A program made the translations under genes and the position numbers. Shown in pieces: positions 17,871-28,175 of a stretch of DNA of 64,000 bases (its first letter is position 1; each line of letters opens with the position of its first letter). Source of the stretch: a virus (lineage: Duplodnaviria; Caudoviricetes); the IMG/VR virus record IMGVR_UViG_3300012930_000003, positions 1,246-65,245 of that record. One strand, 5' to 3'. The notes beneath the pieces are model-generated. The model ran no database searches, was not told where the DNA came from, and saw only the letters and a program-made list of their open reading frames with translations.

Positions 17871-19218
17871 TATCCAGAAAAAATGCCCTGCGATATTTTT
17901 TGGGTATGCGGAGGGATGGAAGGCGCGGGCGTGGCCTGAAAAGGCGTTCGTTTCCGGGAAAGGGTTTGTCCGCTCATTCTGGAACCTTGAGCGGGTGCTG
18001 TTCGCCGAGTCGGAGACGGTTTTCATCGTTGAGGGCGAACTTGATGCCTGCGCCATGGTTGAGGCCGGTATCCATGCAACGCAGGTTCTGGCAGCGCACG
18101 GGGCCAAGGACAAGCCGAGCGTCGGCGACCCGAAGGAAATGGCTGGATACGCCTATGTCGACGCCGCGCTTGAGGCTGGGCTGTCAAAGGTCAAGAAATT
18201 CGTATGGTGCGGCGATAGCGACGGCGCTGGCCGGGTTTTGCGGGAGGATATGGTCAAACTTCTCGGCGCAGCTCGGTTTTGCTTCATCAACTGGCCAGAG
18301 GGGATCAAAGACGCCAACGAGATGCTGCTCAAGGATGGCCCGGAGGCTCTACGGGAGCTTGTTTCGGATGGGTCGCTGCCTTGGCCGGTCAACGGCATAT
18401 ACCGCCTCAGTGAGCTTCCTGAGCCCGCCCCGATGGTGTTGTGGGAACCGGGCTTTCCCGAGTGGGAGGGCAAGGTCAAACTGGCGCCGCGGACTTTGAG
18501 CGTCGTTACAGGCCATCCTGGGCATGGAAAAACTGCCCTGTGGAATCAACTTTGGTTCAACGTCGTGCGCCGATATGAAATCCCGTTTTGCGGCGCGTCG
18601 TTCGAAACGAGGCCTAAGCCCCACGTCCGCCGGCAATTGCGGACGCTGATAAGCGGCAAGATGGAATTTTCGATGAGCGATGACGAACGGGCCGATGCTG
18701 ATCGGTGGATAAACCAGCATTACCTCTTTTTGGTGCATCCTGATTCGCGGCCTAACCTCGAATGGTTCCTCGATATGGCTGAGGTCGCTGTGGTGCGGCA
18801 CGGTGCCCGCATCGTGCAGATTGACCCTTGGAACCGGCTTGAAGGGTCGCGGGCCAGCAACGAGACTGAAACCGATTATATCGGGCGGTGTCTGCGGACG
18901 CTGCACCAATTCGCAACTGACATGAATTGCCATGTTCAAGTACTGGCGCATCCGTCCAAGATGGAAAGCCAGCGGCGCGGCCAGCCTCCGCAGTTGGAAG
19001 ATATTTCCGGCTCCAAGAATTGGGATAACATGGTGGATCAGGGTTTCGTGGTGCATCGGCCGAAGTTGTACGAAAAGGGCGAGATGAAAACCGAAGCCAG
19101 CTTTTACCACCGCAAGGCCAGGTTCGATGAGCTCGGGCACCCCTGCAAACTCAACCTCAATTGGGATAAATTCAAAGGCCGGTATGTTTCGGTCGATTAC
19201 GACATGATGGGGGACTAG
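17785..19218 (+). CDS. Toprim primase-SF4 helicase (T7 gp4/Twinkle-like); start uncertain, frame open from 17707
   Basis: VEGELDA, DSDGAG, KDANE, Walker A GHPGHGKT, IDPWN, LAHPSK and DISGS motifs. Confidence 0.88.
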   Translation: MAWLQEERGLSPETLAQLDVADGITFFPDIQKKCPAIFFGYAEGWKARAWPEKAFVSGKGFVRSFWNLERVLFAESETVFIVEGELDACAMVEAGIHATQVLAAHGAKDKPSVGDPKEMAGYAYVDAALEAGLSKVKKFVWCGDSDGAGRVLREDMVKLLGAARFCFINWPEGIKDANEMLLKDGPEALRELVSDGSLPWPVNGIYRLSELPEPAPMVLWEPGFPEWEGKVKLAPRTLSVVTGHPGHGKTALWNQLWFNVVRRYEIPFCGASFETRPKPHVRRQLRTLISGKMEFSMSDDERADADRWINQHYLFLVHPDSRPNLEWFLDMAEVAVVRHGARIVQIDPWNRLEGSRASNETETDYIGRCLRTLHQFATDMNCHVQVLAHPSKMESQRRGQPPQLEDISGSKNWDNMVDQGFVVHRPKLYEKGEMKTEASFYHRKARFDELGHPCKLNLNWDKFKGRYVSVDYDMMGD

Positions 19219-19249
19219 CGATGGACTGCAAAATGCCGGAGGCGTACCT

Positions 19250-19705
19250 GTGAAGCCAACCGATTTACCCGAATATAGCGTCTGGACGACGATGAAGACG
19301 CGATGCAACAACTCTAATGCATGGAATTTCAAATACTACGGCGGGCGCGGCATCAGGGTCTGCGAGCGATGGGAAACGTTCGAGAATTTCTATGCGGACA
19401 TGGGGCCGCGCCCATCCCCAAAGCACGAATTGGAGCGGTTCAAAAACGATATTGGGTATGAGCCAGGAAATTGCGGTTGGGACACCCATAAAAACCAAAC
19501 CCGCAATCGGGGCAACAAGGTCACGGTGGATTTTCGAGGCCAGACTATGCTCTTGATCGAGGCTTGCGAATTGATGGGGGTGAAAATTGGTCCTGTATAC
19601 GTTCGGCTGAGGCTGGGGTGGAGTTTGGAGGATGCCCTATCTATCCCGCTTCGGGCTAAAGTTCCGAATGGGTGCGGACTTCGGGGTAAAAATAAGCAAA
19701 AATAA
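19250..19705 (+). CDS. HNH homing endonuclease
   Basis: W..MKTRC...YGGRGIRVCERW..FENFYADMG...YEPGNCGW. Confidence 0.82.
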   Translation: MKPTDLPEYSVWTTMKTRCNNSNAWNFKYYGGRGIRVCERWETFENFYADMGPRPSPKHELERFKNDIGYEPGNCGWDTHKNQTRNRGNKVTVDFRGQTMLLIEACELMGVKIGPVYVRLRLGWSLEDALSIPLRAKVPNGCGLRGKNKQK

Positions 19706-19707
19706 AT

Positions 19708-19737
19708 TTGACGGCGGTTGAGGAATGTGCTTATTCT
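19708..19737 (+). promoter_or_regulatory. Sigma70-type promoter
   Basis: TTGACG-18nt-TATTCT preceded by an A-rich UP-like tract and followed by the conserved leader. Confidence 0.6.
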
Positions 19738-19785
19738 AATCCCATCGCACAGAGGCACGGCGCCTCAGCCCTTCGGGAGATGCAA

Positions 19786-20019
19786 ATGACCAACCCAGCC
19801 AACACCCTCGTAAACGCAGACGGAACCATCAACACCCGTTCCGTGATGCAGATGGCCCATGCCATCGCTGCCCGCGCCAATCGCGAATACAAGGAATTTG
19901 CGGCGCGGCAGGTGCGCCATGCGCAGCCGGCCATCAGCTACGCGTGGCACTTCGCCGACGCTCTGCGGGCGGCTTGGGCGCGGGTTGTGGCGATGAAAAT
20001 CAACATGGGGTTTGCGTGA
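19786..20019 (+). CDS. Hypothetical early protein
   Basis: GGGAGA RBS 5 nt before ATG 19786. Confidence 0.65.
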   Translation: MTNPANTLVNADGTINTRSVMQMAHAIAARANREYKEFAARQVRHAQPAISYAWHFADALRAAWARVVAMKINMGFA

Positions 20020-20385
20020 TGGCCGATTACGTCACACTACTCGGGGCCGAACAGGTTCAATCCGCCGCCAGCACAATGATCAGCGCGGCCAGCGAAATGA
20101 ACCGCGCCGCAGCCAACATTGACGGTGCCTTTGAGCGCCATCAGCGGTTCATGGAAGAATGGCTCAACCGCTTTGAGCAAATTCTGGCGGACAATTCATC
20201 GGGTGCGCTATGATCGTCCGTCCGGATATTGTTGTCTCGCACGACGCGGAAGCCGCATTCTGGGGTGTGATGGACCTCTCATGGAACGCGACCTTTGGCG
20301 ACTACGACCTTGACTGTTTGGTGGGTCAGGGCCGCACTCCGCTGGACGCGATTGTCGATTTGCTGGATCAGGCGGAGGTGAGCGA

Positions 20386-20754
20386 ATGAGGGGCGATCAG
20401 GCGGAAAAGGACCGAGATATTGCGATCGGTCAGCGGCTGACGGCGATGCGCCGAGCGGCTGGGGTTTCCCAAGAAAAACTTGGTGAGGCCCTTGGTGTTA
20501 CATTCCAGCAAGTACAGAAGTATGAGAGGGGCAAGAACCGGCTTGGCGTGCGGCAACTGGAAACGGTAACATCCACTCTGGCATGTTCGACGGCAGATAT
20601 CGTTGGCCCTATGGCGCCGGCCAATCCGGAAACTCAAGCCGTGATGACGTTCATGGTGCAGCGCGAAGGGTTCGAGATTGCGAGCGCCTATATGGCGATG
20701 TCGACGACGCGCCGTGTGGTTATCTTGGGTCTGATACGGGACTTGGCACAATGA
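20386..20754 (+). CDS. XRE-family HTH regulator
   Basis: SQEKLGEALGVTFQQVQKYERGKNR, typical of alphaproteobacterial XRE proteins. Confidence 0.88.
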   Translation: MRGDQAEKDRDIAIGQRLTAMRRAAGVSQEKLGEALGVTFQQVQKYERGKNRLGVRQLETVTSTLACSTADIVGPMAPANPETQAVMTFMVQREGFEIASAYMAMSTTRRVVILGLIRDLAQ

Positions 20755-21147
20755 GCGCCGAATCCGTCGCCCAAATCGTCGCTGGCAAGACATCCCTCAA
20801 GGAACTCGCCGCCGCCCGCGCGCTCGGGTACGACACGATAGACGCGCTGATTTCGTCATGGCGAACGCTGGACGCGGTTTACGCGCTCGCCCATTCCGAA
20901 CATCGTCCCGCCGTCTGGCCAAGAGGTTCTGAACCCAGATGAAATCTCAACACCAGCAAATGCGAGATGCCATCAACAACGTTGAACTAGCCCTGAATGG
21001 ACTGGAGATCGATAGCGTCGTGCGTCTGTTCGAAACCGCCGATGATTCTGTGATGGTGAAATTGCCGCTTGGCGCTCTACGGCAGCTTGCCAGATGCTAT
21101 CCAGCGCTCAACCGGATCATCAATGATCCAGCATTTGAGAGGCCATC

Positions 21148-21414
21148 TTGAGCCCCCAGGAATTATCCGACGCCCGCCAGAAATTCGGCATGGCCAAAAA
21201 GGACTTCGGGCTTCTGCTCGGGTACACGGGTGAGCTCCGCAACATCTACATGACCGTGGCCCGGATGGAGGCCGGAACTCGGCCAATCTCGCCGATGGTC
21301 GAACGTCTTGTCCGCATGATGGTCTGGTTCAAGGCCGATTACGGCTACCTGCCCGATCTCGACAACGGCCGGCGCGAGCCGATGGAAATTCCGGAGGCGT
21401 TTAGCAATGAGTAA
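21148..21414 (+). CDS. XRE-like HTH protein
   Basis: ELSDARQKFGMAKKDFGLLLG...VARMEAGTRPI. Confidence 0.7.
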   Translation: MSPQELSDARQKFGMAKKDFGLLLGYTGELRNIYMTVARMEAGTRPISPMVERLVRMMVWFKADYGYLPDLDNGRREPMEIPEAFSNE

Positions 21415-21790
21415 AATAAAAAAGGATTGGGGTTATCGGGCCGCATGGTGCTTGCTGGCAATTATCGCAGCGGCAATTCTCGCCAGACCGATGATCGGGG
21501 CATCACCACCATCGCGGCTTCATCTTGCCGCAGCGGTATTGCACCCCACGAACAAGGAACTTATTTCAGAACTTGATACTGCATGCTTCTCTGGCTATTG
21601 GCTGCACTACGGTCTCAACATCGACATTGATACGCGGCGTATCTGTCACAACCTAGATTCCCTGATGGGGAAAAACTACATGGTTGATTGGGAAAACGAG
21701 CCGATCGGTATCTACCGCAACGATAAATCCCGCGATTTCATTCTCAATCACGATGAATGGATTCAGGAGCAGCGTAGGTGCATACCGTGA
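21407..21790 (+). CDS. Membrane-anchored or exported hypothetical protein
   Basis: Hydrophobic N-terminal segment AAWCLLAIIAAAILA. Confidence 0.5.
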   Translation: MSKIKKDWGYRAAWCLLAIIAAAILARPMIGASPPSRLHLAAAVLHPTNKELISELDTACFSGYWLHYGLNIDIDTRRICHNLDSLMGKNYMVDWENEPIGIYRNDKSRDFILNHDEWIQEQRRCIP

Positions 21791-22128
21791 GAGCACCAAA
21801 CCCATCCCCAGACCGCGCCATGGAAATACTCCGCGAAGTCGCCGCAGCGCGCGGGCTGACTGTTGCCCGTATTGTCGGAGCGTGCCAGCGACGTGAAACC
21901 ACCGCAGCCCGGAAGGCTTTCTGCATCTTGGCGGCGCAGCATGACATCCGGACCAAGGATGTCGCCAATATTCTATCCTGCGATCGGTCGACGGTGAACT
22001 ATCACCAGTCCGATTTCGCAAAAGAGAACAAGAGGCGCACCCGATCCGCGCTGGCGCTGAAGGCCAGAACTTCGCATATCAATGCATGGTGTAAGCTACT
22101 CCGCGCCGTCGAAATGGCAGAACACTGA
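21778..22128 (+). CDS. DnaA C-terminal-like HTH protein
   Basis: ILREVAAARGLTVARIVG...ARK...VANILSCDRSTV. Confidence 0.7.
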   Translation: MHTVRAPNPSPDRAMEILREVAAARGLTVARIVGACQRRETTAARKAFCILAAQHDIRTKDVANILSCDRSTVNYHQSDFAKENKRRTRSALALKARTSHINAWCKLLRAVEMAEH

Positions 22129-22299
22129 CAACGGATGGTATATGATGATCCCGAAAACCCTGCACGGCTGGTGCGTGCTGGCGGCATTTCTAACATGCAT
22201 GTTCGGGCCGTTCTTATGGCGGCTTGTCGCGGCCGCTCGATGCTGAAGGGGAATAGCGCCAACGCGCTGAAATGTCTCAACAACTGAGGGGATTTATCA

Positions 22300-22635
22300 A
22301 TGGATACCAAGTTGAAATTGAAGTGGATCAGGGCGCTTCGCAGCGGCCAGTACCAGCGCGGGAAGGAGGCCCTCGCCGACTGCGATGGAAATAAGTTCTG
22401 CTGTCTCGGCGTTCTGGCGGACATCCAAGGCTGCACATGGAAAGAAGATCGCTACGGCCTTGGGCTTGTACCGATAACGCAATCTGGCCGCGCCATCGTG
22501 TCTACTACCAACAAAATGCTGCCGCCGAAGCATGCTGGCGGCCTAGGCACCGATTTTCAGAAAAAACTAGCTGAAATGAACGACGAAGGAAAATCGTTCA
22601 GGTGGATCGCCGACTACATCGAGAAGAACCTGTGA
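22300..22635 (+). CDS. Phage hypothetical protein
   Basis: KWIRALRSGQYQRG...FCCLGVL...MNDEGKSF..IADYIE pattern common in phages. Confidence 0.7.
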   Translation: MDTKLKLKWIRALRSGQYQRGKEALADCDGNKFCCLGVLADIQGCTWKEDRYGLGLVPITQSGRAIVSTTNKMLPPKHAGGLGTDFQKKLAEMNDEGKSFRWIADYIEKNL

Positions 22636-23058
22636 CCGGGCCGTCACGGTGTCAGCCCAGCACAGAGCTGGCCCCAGGTCTCAAGAAGGCAATGGAGATT
22701 GTTGCCGAGATGCGCCAATCCGAGGCCGGATTGTTCGACGCCAAACATTCCGGCCAGCGCGGCTGTGACCGTGCAGATGCGCTTTACGACGCCTACGTGG
22801 CCATCCGCGCCGCCCTCCAATCCGAGAAAACGCCATGAGCAAGCCATCGATTCCGGCTGGCAAGGAATGTTGCGGACACCCCGTTCACGAAGGCGACCCG
22901 GAATGCTTCGAAACCGTATGCTGCGAAAACTTCGTGACGGCATGCGGTCATGATGATGTTGAAGAGATTAACGACCCGCGCAAGCCATGGGGTTTTGAAG
23001 CGTGGTCTTGCAAGAAATGCGGCGCGAAGTTTTACATCCCGAGAGGTGAGGCCATCTG

Positions 23059-23832
23059 ATGTCTGATTTTGATCCCACCCCCAGCGCACAGACGGTGACG
23101 GCGGACGAGTGGCGCAAGCGAATGCCGCGCTATGTGTCTACGGCTGCGCGCGAGATCGCCGCCGAAATCATGAACGATATCGCTGATGAGCAGCCCGATG
23201 GGGGCCACTATGCGTTGGCGCAGTGGATTGACGCATTCACATCCTCCCTCGCCGCCGCTGATGCGCGGGGGAAGAGACTGGAGGCACCCTTTCGCAACGT
23301 CGATGATCTCGATTGGAGAAATCTTCTTTCGTTCATCGCTTGGACCCCGGATCAGTTCTGGGAATACGTCGGCGGCCTGGTTGGAGAGTTCGAAGCCGGC
23401 CAGATGCGCGACATGCTGGCGGCAAAGGGGCTGGCGGTCACATCCCCTTCTAATGCGAGAGGTTTAGTTTTAATGCCGCGTGAGGCTACTGCCGAGATGG
23501 TTTCTGCCGCCATGGGCGAAATCCCCGAGGACGAGTGCGAGTTTGAACACATCGAGGCGGCCTATCGGGCAATGGTACTGGCGATCCCATCGACCCACCA
23601 ATCAACCCCATGGGACGTCCATCACAATCGGTCTTACGAGCCGGTAGAGACGCGGGCGAAAGAGATTTACGACTTCTTTGAATTCAAGGATGTCGGAGAA
23701 AAACCGGCATGGGTGCCCGGCGGGAACAGCCTTATGCAGGACGAAGCCCGTATCTGTGCGCGCAAGCAGCTTCGTGACGCTGGGCACGCGCCCGCTATGT
23801 CTCCGGCGCAGGGAAAGGCCGGGGCGCAATGA
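23059..23832 (+). CDS. Mosaic hypothetical protein (Ea22-like accessory)
   Basis: Contains LVLMPREATAEMVSAA...AYRAMV, a module frequent in phage accessory genes. Confidence 0.55.
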   Translation: MSDFDPTPSAQTVTADEWRKRMPRYVSTAAREIAAEIMNDIADEQPDGGHYALAQWIDAFTSSLAAADARGKRLEAPFRNVDDLDWRNLLSFIAWTPDQFWEYVGGLVGEFEAGQMRDMLAAKGLAVTSPSNARGLVLMPREATAEMVSAAMGEIPEDECEFEHIEAAYRAMVLAIPSTHQSTPWDVHHNRSYEPVETRAKEIYDFFEFKDVGEKPAWVPGGNSLMQDEARICARKQLRDAGHAPAMSPAQGKAGAQ

Positions 23833-24016
23833 CGCAGGTATCACGAAATGTTACACTACAGCCGCAGGCACTTCTTGAATGTGACGTGAGCAATCGGCGA
23901 TTGAATTCACGATGTTTCCCGCGTCAAGACATTTCTGAAAATGAAAGTTAGCCCTGTGCCGCAAGGACATCACAGACTCGAAACAGACCAAAGTACGAAT
24001 TTGGCGAAAGTCGATT

Positions 24017-24065
24017 TGCTATACTACTCCCACGCGCTCAGGAGGCGCGGGCTGTTTGACATTGT
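24017..24065 (+). promoter_or_regulatory. Extended -10 promoter followed by a hairpin and a boxA-like element
   Basis: TGcTATACT (24017-24025), a CGCGC...GCGCG hairpin, and GCTGTTTGACATTGT (24051-24065). Confidence 0.5.
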
Positions 24066-24506
24066 GGAGAATGACTATGAACGAACAAGGCACACCCACG
24101 CGCATGGAAACGATCAAGGCGAAGTACGACGCATGCGAGATGGGATACGACGAGGCGCTCGCCAGATTGGAGGCGCTTGGGATGTGGGCGCACGACGCCG
24201 ACAACTACCTCATCCCGATCCGGAAGCGGGCCAGGAGCTAAACGGCAATGGCCATGCAGAAGCCGAGGGTGGGCGGTCGCGCAAAGGCGACCGTCCCCGG
24301 AGAGAAGATCGAATATGGCACGATCATCGAAGTGAGTCCGAGCGGCAGGCGATATCAAGTAGAATGGGATCAGCCGGACGAATGCGGCCAGACGATATCA
24401 ATGCACGAACTGAGCCCGGCCTCATACGTGCGGCCGGTCTGACAGGCAACCCCGCGCTCTACCCAGGGCGCGGGGCACTCGCTGTGCTGCCTTCGCAGGA
24501 CCGAGC

Positions 24507-25178
24507 ATGACTAGGCCCGTCGCGCTTGACCTTTTCTGTTGTGCCGGCGGCGTAGCCGAGGGGCTGCACCGCGCAGGCTATCAGGTTGTAGGCGTCGATA
24601 TCCGACCGATGCCGCGATATCCATTCCCGTTCATCCAAGCCGACGCCTTATCGCTGTCGTTCTCGCGGTTCGATCTGGTTTGGGCCTCACCCCCCTGCCA
24701 GCGGTTCTCTGACCTCGCCAAGCGCAACGGCAACGCCGAAGACTGGCCGGACCTGATCGAGCCCACCAGAGCGAAATTGATCGCGTCGGGCGGCCTGTAC
24801 ACGATCGAGAACGTCGAGGCCGCCCCGCTGGTCCCGACCGTGACGCTATGCGGGACGATGTTCCCCGGCTTGCGGGTTCTGCGACACCGGATGTTTGAGG
24901 CCAACTTCCCGATCGTGCAGCCGCCGCACGGTAAGCATCCGAAGGTCCACACCTTCGACAAGCGGAAGTCTCACTTCGGCAAAACCGACGAGAACCGCGA
25001 TTTCGTCCAGGTGACCGGCGGCGGCAACTGCACGCTAGCCGCGGCGAGTAGCGCCATGGGCATCGGCTGGATGACGAAAGCCGAGATCAACGAAGCAATC
25101 CCGCCGGCTTATTCGGAACACATCGGCCGCGCTGCACTCGCCGCATCTCGCGTTCAGCTTCGCGAGGCCGCCGAATGA
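24507..25178 (+). CDS. C5-cytosine DNA methyltransferase (short phage type)
   Basis: LDLFCCAGG, ASPPCQ, IENV and EAIPPAY motifs. Confidence 0.85.
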   Translation: MTRPVALDLFCCAGGVAEGLHRAGYQVVGVDIRPMPRYPFPFIQADALSLSFSRFDLVWASPPCQRFSDLAKRNGNAEDWPDLIEPTRAKLIASGGLYTIENVEAAPLVPTVTLCGTMFPGLRVLRHRMFEANFPIVQPPHGKHPKVHTFDKRKSHFGKTDENRDFVQVTGGGNCTLAAASSAMGIGWMTKAEINEAIPPAYSEHIGRAALAASRVQLREAAE

Positions 25179-25329
25179 CGCAACAATGCGAACGACGCGA
25201 GAGCGGCAACGGCGAGTGGACGTGCGACCGTTGCGAAGCTCTTTGGTTTGGCGAGTTAGCCAAGACGGACTGGCGCCCGTCAACATGCCCCGGCTACTCG
25301 GTGTCGCGCCCGCACCGCGAGGGCAAGTC

Positions 25330-25878
25330 ATGAGTGCCGTCATTTCAAATTGCGGCCTCTACCGTTATCGGCTTGACCGAATGCTTCGCGACGACCACGG
25401 GCCGACCGTCGCATTCGTCATGGTCAACCCATCGACTGCGGACGCAACACAGGACGATGCAACAATCCGAAAATGCATCGGATTCGCCAAGCTCTACAGT
25501 GCCGTGCGACTGATCGTCGGGAACAAATTCGCATACCGCGCAACCGACGTGAAGGAACTCAGAAATGCGGCTGATCCTGTTGGGCCGGAAAACGATGGGC
25601 ATCTGCGCTCAATATTGTCCGAAGCCGATCTGGTGTTCGTGGCCTGGGGCTCGTTAGCGAAGCTCCCAGAGACGCTGCGCGGGCGCTGGAAGGATATCGT
25701 CCGGATCGCTGACGATATCGCCCGCAGCGAGCCCATTGACCTTCTCTCGCTCGGCAAGTGCAGCGACGGCCACCCCCGCCACCCCCTGATGACCGGATAC
25801 GACACGCCGGGCCTGCGATGGCCCGTGCCGTGGTTCGCAGGACGCCAGCTATGTCCACAGGAGACCGCCAGTGAGTGA
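25330..25878 (+). CDS. DUF1643 family protein
   Basis: SAVISNCGLYRYRL, MVNPSTADATQDDATIRKC, AWG and GHPRHPL. Start set by an ATGA overlap with a 52-aa ORF at 25175-25333. Confidence 0.85.
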   Translation: MSAVISNCGLYRYRLDRMLRDDHGPTVAFVMVNPSTADATQDDATIRKCIGFAKLYSAVRLIVGNKFAYRATDVKELRNAADPVGPENDGHLRSILSEADLVFVAWGSLAKLPETLRGRWKDIVRIADDIARSEPIDLLSLGKCSDGHPRHPLMTGYDTPGLRWPVPWFAGRQLCPQETASE

Positions 25879-26346
25879 CCACTCCATGAAAGCCATTTCA
25901 ACCGCTGACAAGATAGTTTCGTTGGCCGAGGATGGCCTTCGCGACCTTGACCGGACGATTGCCTCATGGCCGGCAGAATTTCGCGCAATCATCTGGATTG
26001 CGGTCGCCGACATAGCGCAGCGGCGGCTCCATGCGGCTCGCAATGATGTGGGACAACCGAGCAAGCCCCATGGCAATTGACATCCCTAAATCTATGCGGC
26101 CAAAAACTTAGCAAAATACACCAACCATATGTTAGAGTGAGAGAAATTCATGGACGAAGATAAAGCAAAGACTGCCCTCGCCGCGATTAAGGCAAGAGAG
26201 GCCGAAGCCCGCGCCGCAATCGAGCGAGGGGAGGCCGAAATTGAGATTGGCCAGTTCGCCATGCCGCAACTCGGACTGTCGGTCGCGGTCGCCGATCGGT
26301 TCGGCCGGATATGGCGGGTCGATGGAACTAAACTGGTGATGGTCAG

Positions 26347-26790
26347 ATGAGGAAAGTTTTGCCAGAGAAGTTGGAACTTGGGCGTCTGCGATCAGGGCCG
26401 ATGGCCAGCGATTCCCGATGGGGAGCCTACGGCGCGTTCTTCGTTCAAGGGCCGTGCGGCGAGGAACTCAAGATAGTTGCCAGTGGCGCTGATGCTGACG
26501 ATGGTGTGAGCCGAGGGTGGGAGCACGTTTCCGTTTCGACGCGCCGACGCCCACCTAATTGGCAGGAAATGTGCTTCGTAAAGGACTTGTTCTGGGAGGA
26601 AGAGGAATGTGCCATCCAATTCCACCCGCCGCGCTCGGAATACGTCAACAATCACCCGCATTGTCTGCATCTCTGGGGCCGCGCAGACGGCGCAATTCCC
26701 ACGCCTCCGAGTATTCTGGTAGGCAGGAAGGATATGGGCGAATTGACGGAGGCTTCGGCTCGCCTGCTGCGCAAAGAAATGGGTTTATGA
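26347..26790 (+). CDS. Conserved phage protein
   Basis: GWEHVSVS..RPPNWQEMCFVKDLFW...YVNNHPHCLHLW. Confidence 0.75.
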   Translation: MRKVLPEKLELGRLRSGPMASDSRWGAYGAFFVQGPCGEELKIVASGADADDGVSRGWEHVSVSTRRRPPNWQEMCFVKDLFWEEEECAIQFHPPRSEYVNNHPHCLHLWGRADGAIPTPPSILVGRKDMGELTEASARLLRKEMGL

Positions 26791-26894
26791 ACCCCAACCT
26801 ATCCCGCTCAATCGCTCTGGCGATATTCCTGACGGCCATGCTCGTGCCGGCGGCGTGCCTGATGCTGCTGGCGGTGCAGCCGTGAGAGGTTCAA

Positions 26895-27488
26895 ATGGGT
26901 AATCGATACGGGCGGAAACAGAAGCGGGCGCATCGGGAGATGATTGCCGATTTGGCGTGCGTTAGCCGCAGTCTCCAAACAAGGCTGGATGGCGCCCGCA
27001 ACGACTATCGGCGCGAGCGCGCCAAGGTCTCGCGCCTTGAGGATATATTCCAGAATTGGGACCGCGAAATCAGGTCGTTGCTAGGCCCATATTCCTCATT
27101 TTCGATTAACGACGCCACATATCGGGTAGACCATCCTGACCAGATCAGGCGAATGCCGATTTTGCCGCCAGTCTCTGGCTTCATTAATTTTGACAGTGAT
27201 ATCGGTATCGAAAGCATCGCTTATTACGTCGAGACGATATTTGGGTTTATCGTCGGCCTGAGCGAGCCTGATCTGGTGACGTTGCGTCGGCATATTGCGA
27301 TGCGCGTGATGGTGGGTTCCGAGCGACAGGGCGATTCGAGCTACTACGCTTTCAGCGAAAGCATGTGGCACGCGCTCAAAACCGATCGGCCAGAGGCGCG
27401 CACGCGCATGGCATATCGGATTGCATCTGATTTGGTCGAAGTGCTTGCGCGCGGGGCTGAGAAAAAGAGGGCCAATGCCGGGAAGTAA
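26895..27488 (+). CDS. Hypothetical protein
   Basis: GAGG RBS, 197 aa, RYGRKQKR N-terminus. Confidence 0.6.
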   Translation: MGNRYGRKQKRAHREMIADLACVSRSLQTRLDGARNDYRRERAKVSRLEDIFQNWDREIRSLLGPYSSFSINDATYRVDHPDQIRRMPILPPVSGFINFDSDIGIESIAYYVETIFGFIVGLSEPDLVTLRRHIAMRVMVGSERQGDSSYYAFSESMWHALKTDRPEARTRMAYRIASDLVEVLARGAEKKRANAGK

Positions 27489-28083
27489 GAAGGGCGAGCG
27501 CAGGGGCGGCGCCAAGCCGGGACGGGTCCGCAAATCCAAACCGCCCTCCGGTGCCACCCCTATTGTCAAGCGCATCGGCAATTATAAGGGAAGGACTGTA
27601 GGACAGGCGAATAAGTCCAAGTTCGATCCGCAGATTGGGGTCATCCTCAATCGGGACAATTCTCCGCTGGAAAAAGAGCGGGAACTGGAAATGTATTTCC
27701 TCATTGTTGGCAAGAGGATGCGCCTGCCCAAAGAGGTCATGCTCGACGCAATGCGATATCTGGAAGAGACCGGAATAGAATGGGCCGAAGTCGTCCGGGA
27801 AAATATGAAGGCGCTAGCCGATAGCGAAACCGTAGAGGCGCGGGCCGTATTCGAGCGGGCCATTGAGTTCGCCGAGGTTCGGGTGAGGGAATATATCCTG
27901 CTGGCGGTTGATGTGGCCTACAAAGCCGCCCAATACGTCCATCCTCGGTTGGCGGCCGTTATCACCAATCCCGGCTCTGGCGAATCGCCACTGAACGCCA
28001 TTGCGGCTCTATTCCGGGACCTTGACGAGGCAGGCAAACCTGCGCGTTACATCGACCATGACGCGGGAGACATCGCGAAGTAG
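27475..28083 (+). CDS. Putative terminase small subunit
   Basis: GSKKGERRGG N-terminus and AAQYVHPRL motif. Upstream of terL. Confidence 0.55.
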   Translation: MPGSKKGERRGGAKPGRVRKSKPPSGATPIVKRIGNYKGRTVGQANKSKFDPQIGVILNRDNSPLEKERELEMYFLIVGKRMRLPKEVMLDAMRYLEETGIEWAEVVRENMKALADSETVEARAVFERAIEFAEVRVREYILLAVDVAYKAAQYVHPRLAAVITNPGSGESPLNAIAALFRDLDEAGKPARYIDHDAGDIAK

Positions 28084-28175
28084 GCACAGGAACGTTTCCG
28101 CCACATATATGTTTAACGGCTACCCGCATCGTGCTAATAGGCTGAAATTCAACCCTTTCCGGAGCGAGGAAATAA

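Noticed and set aside
19219-19705. Duplicated target-gene ends at the other nucleases (19250, 28176, 32595, 56323)
   Set aside because: I looked for stubs like those at 10.9 kb and 62 kb and found none convincing. Only a 10-codon MDCKMPEAYL ORF precedes the 19250 HNH.
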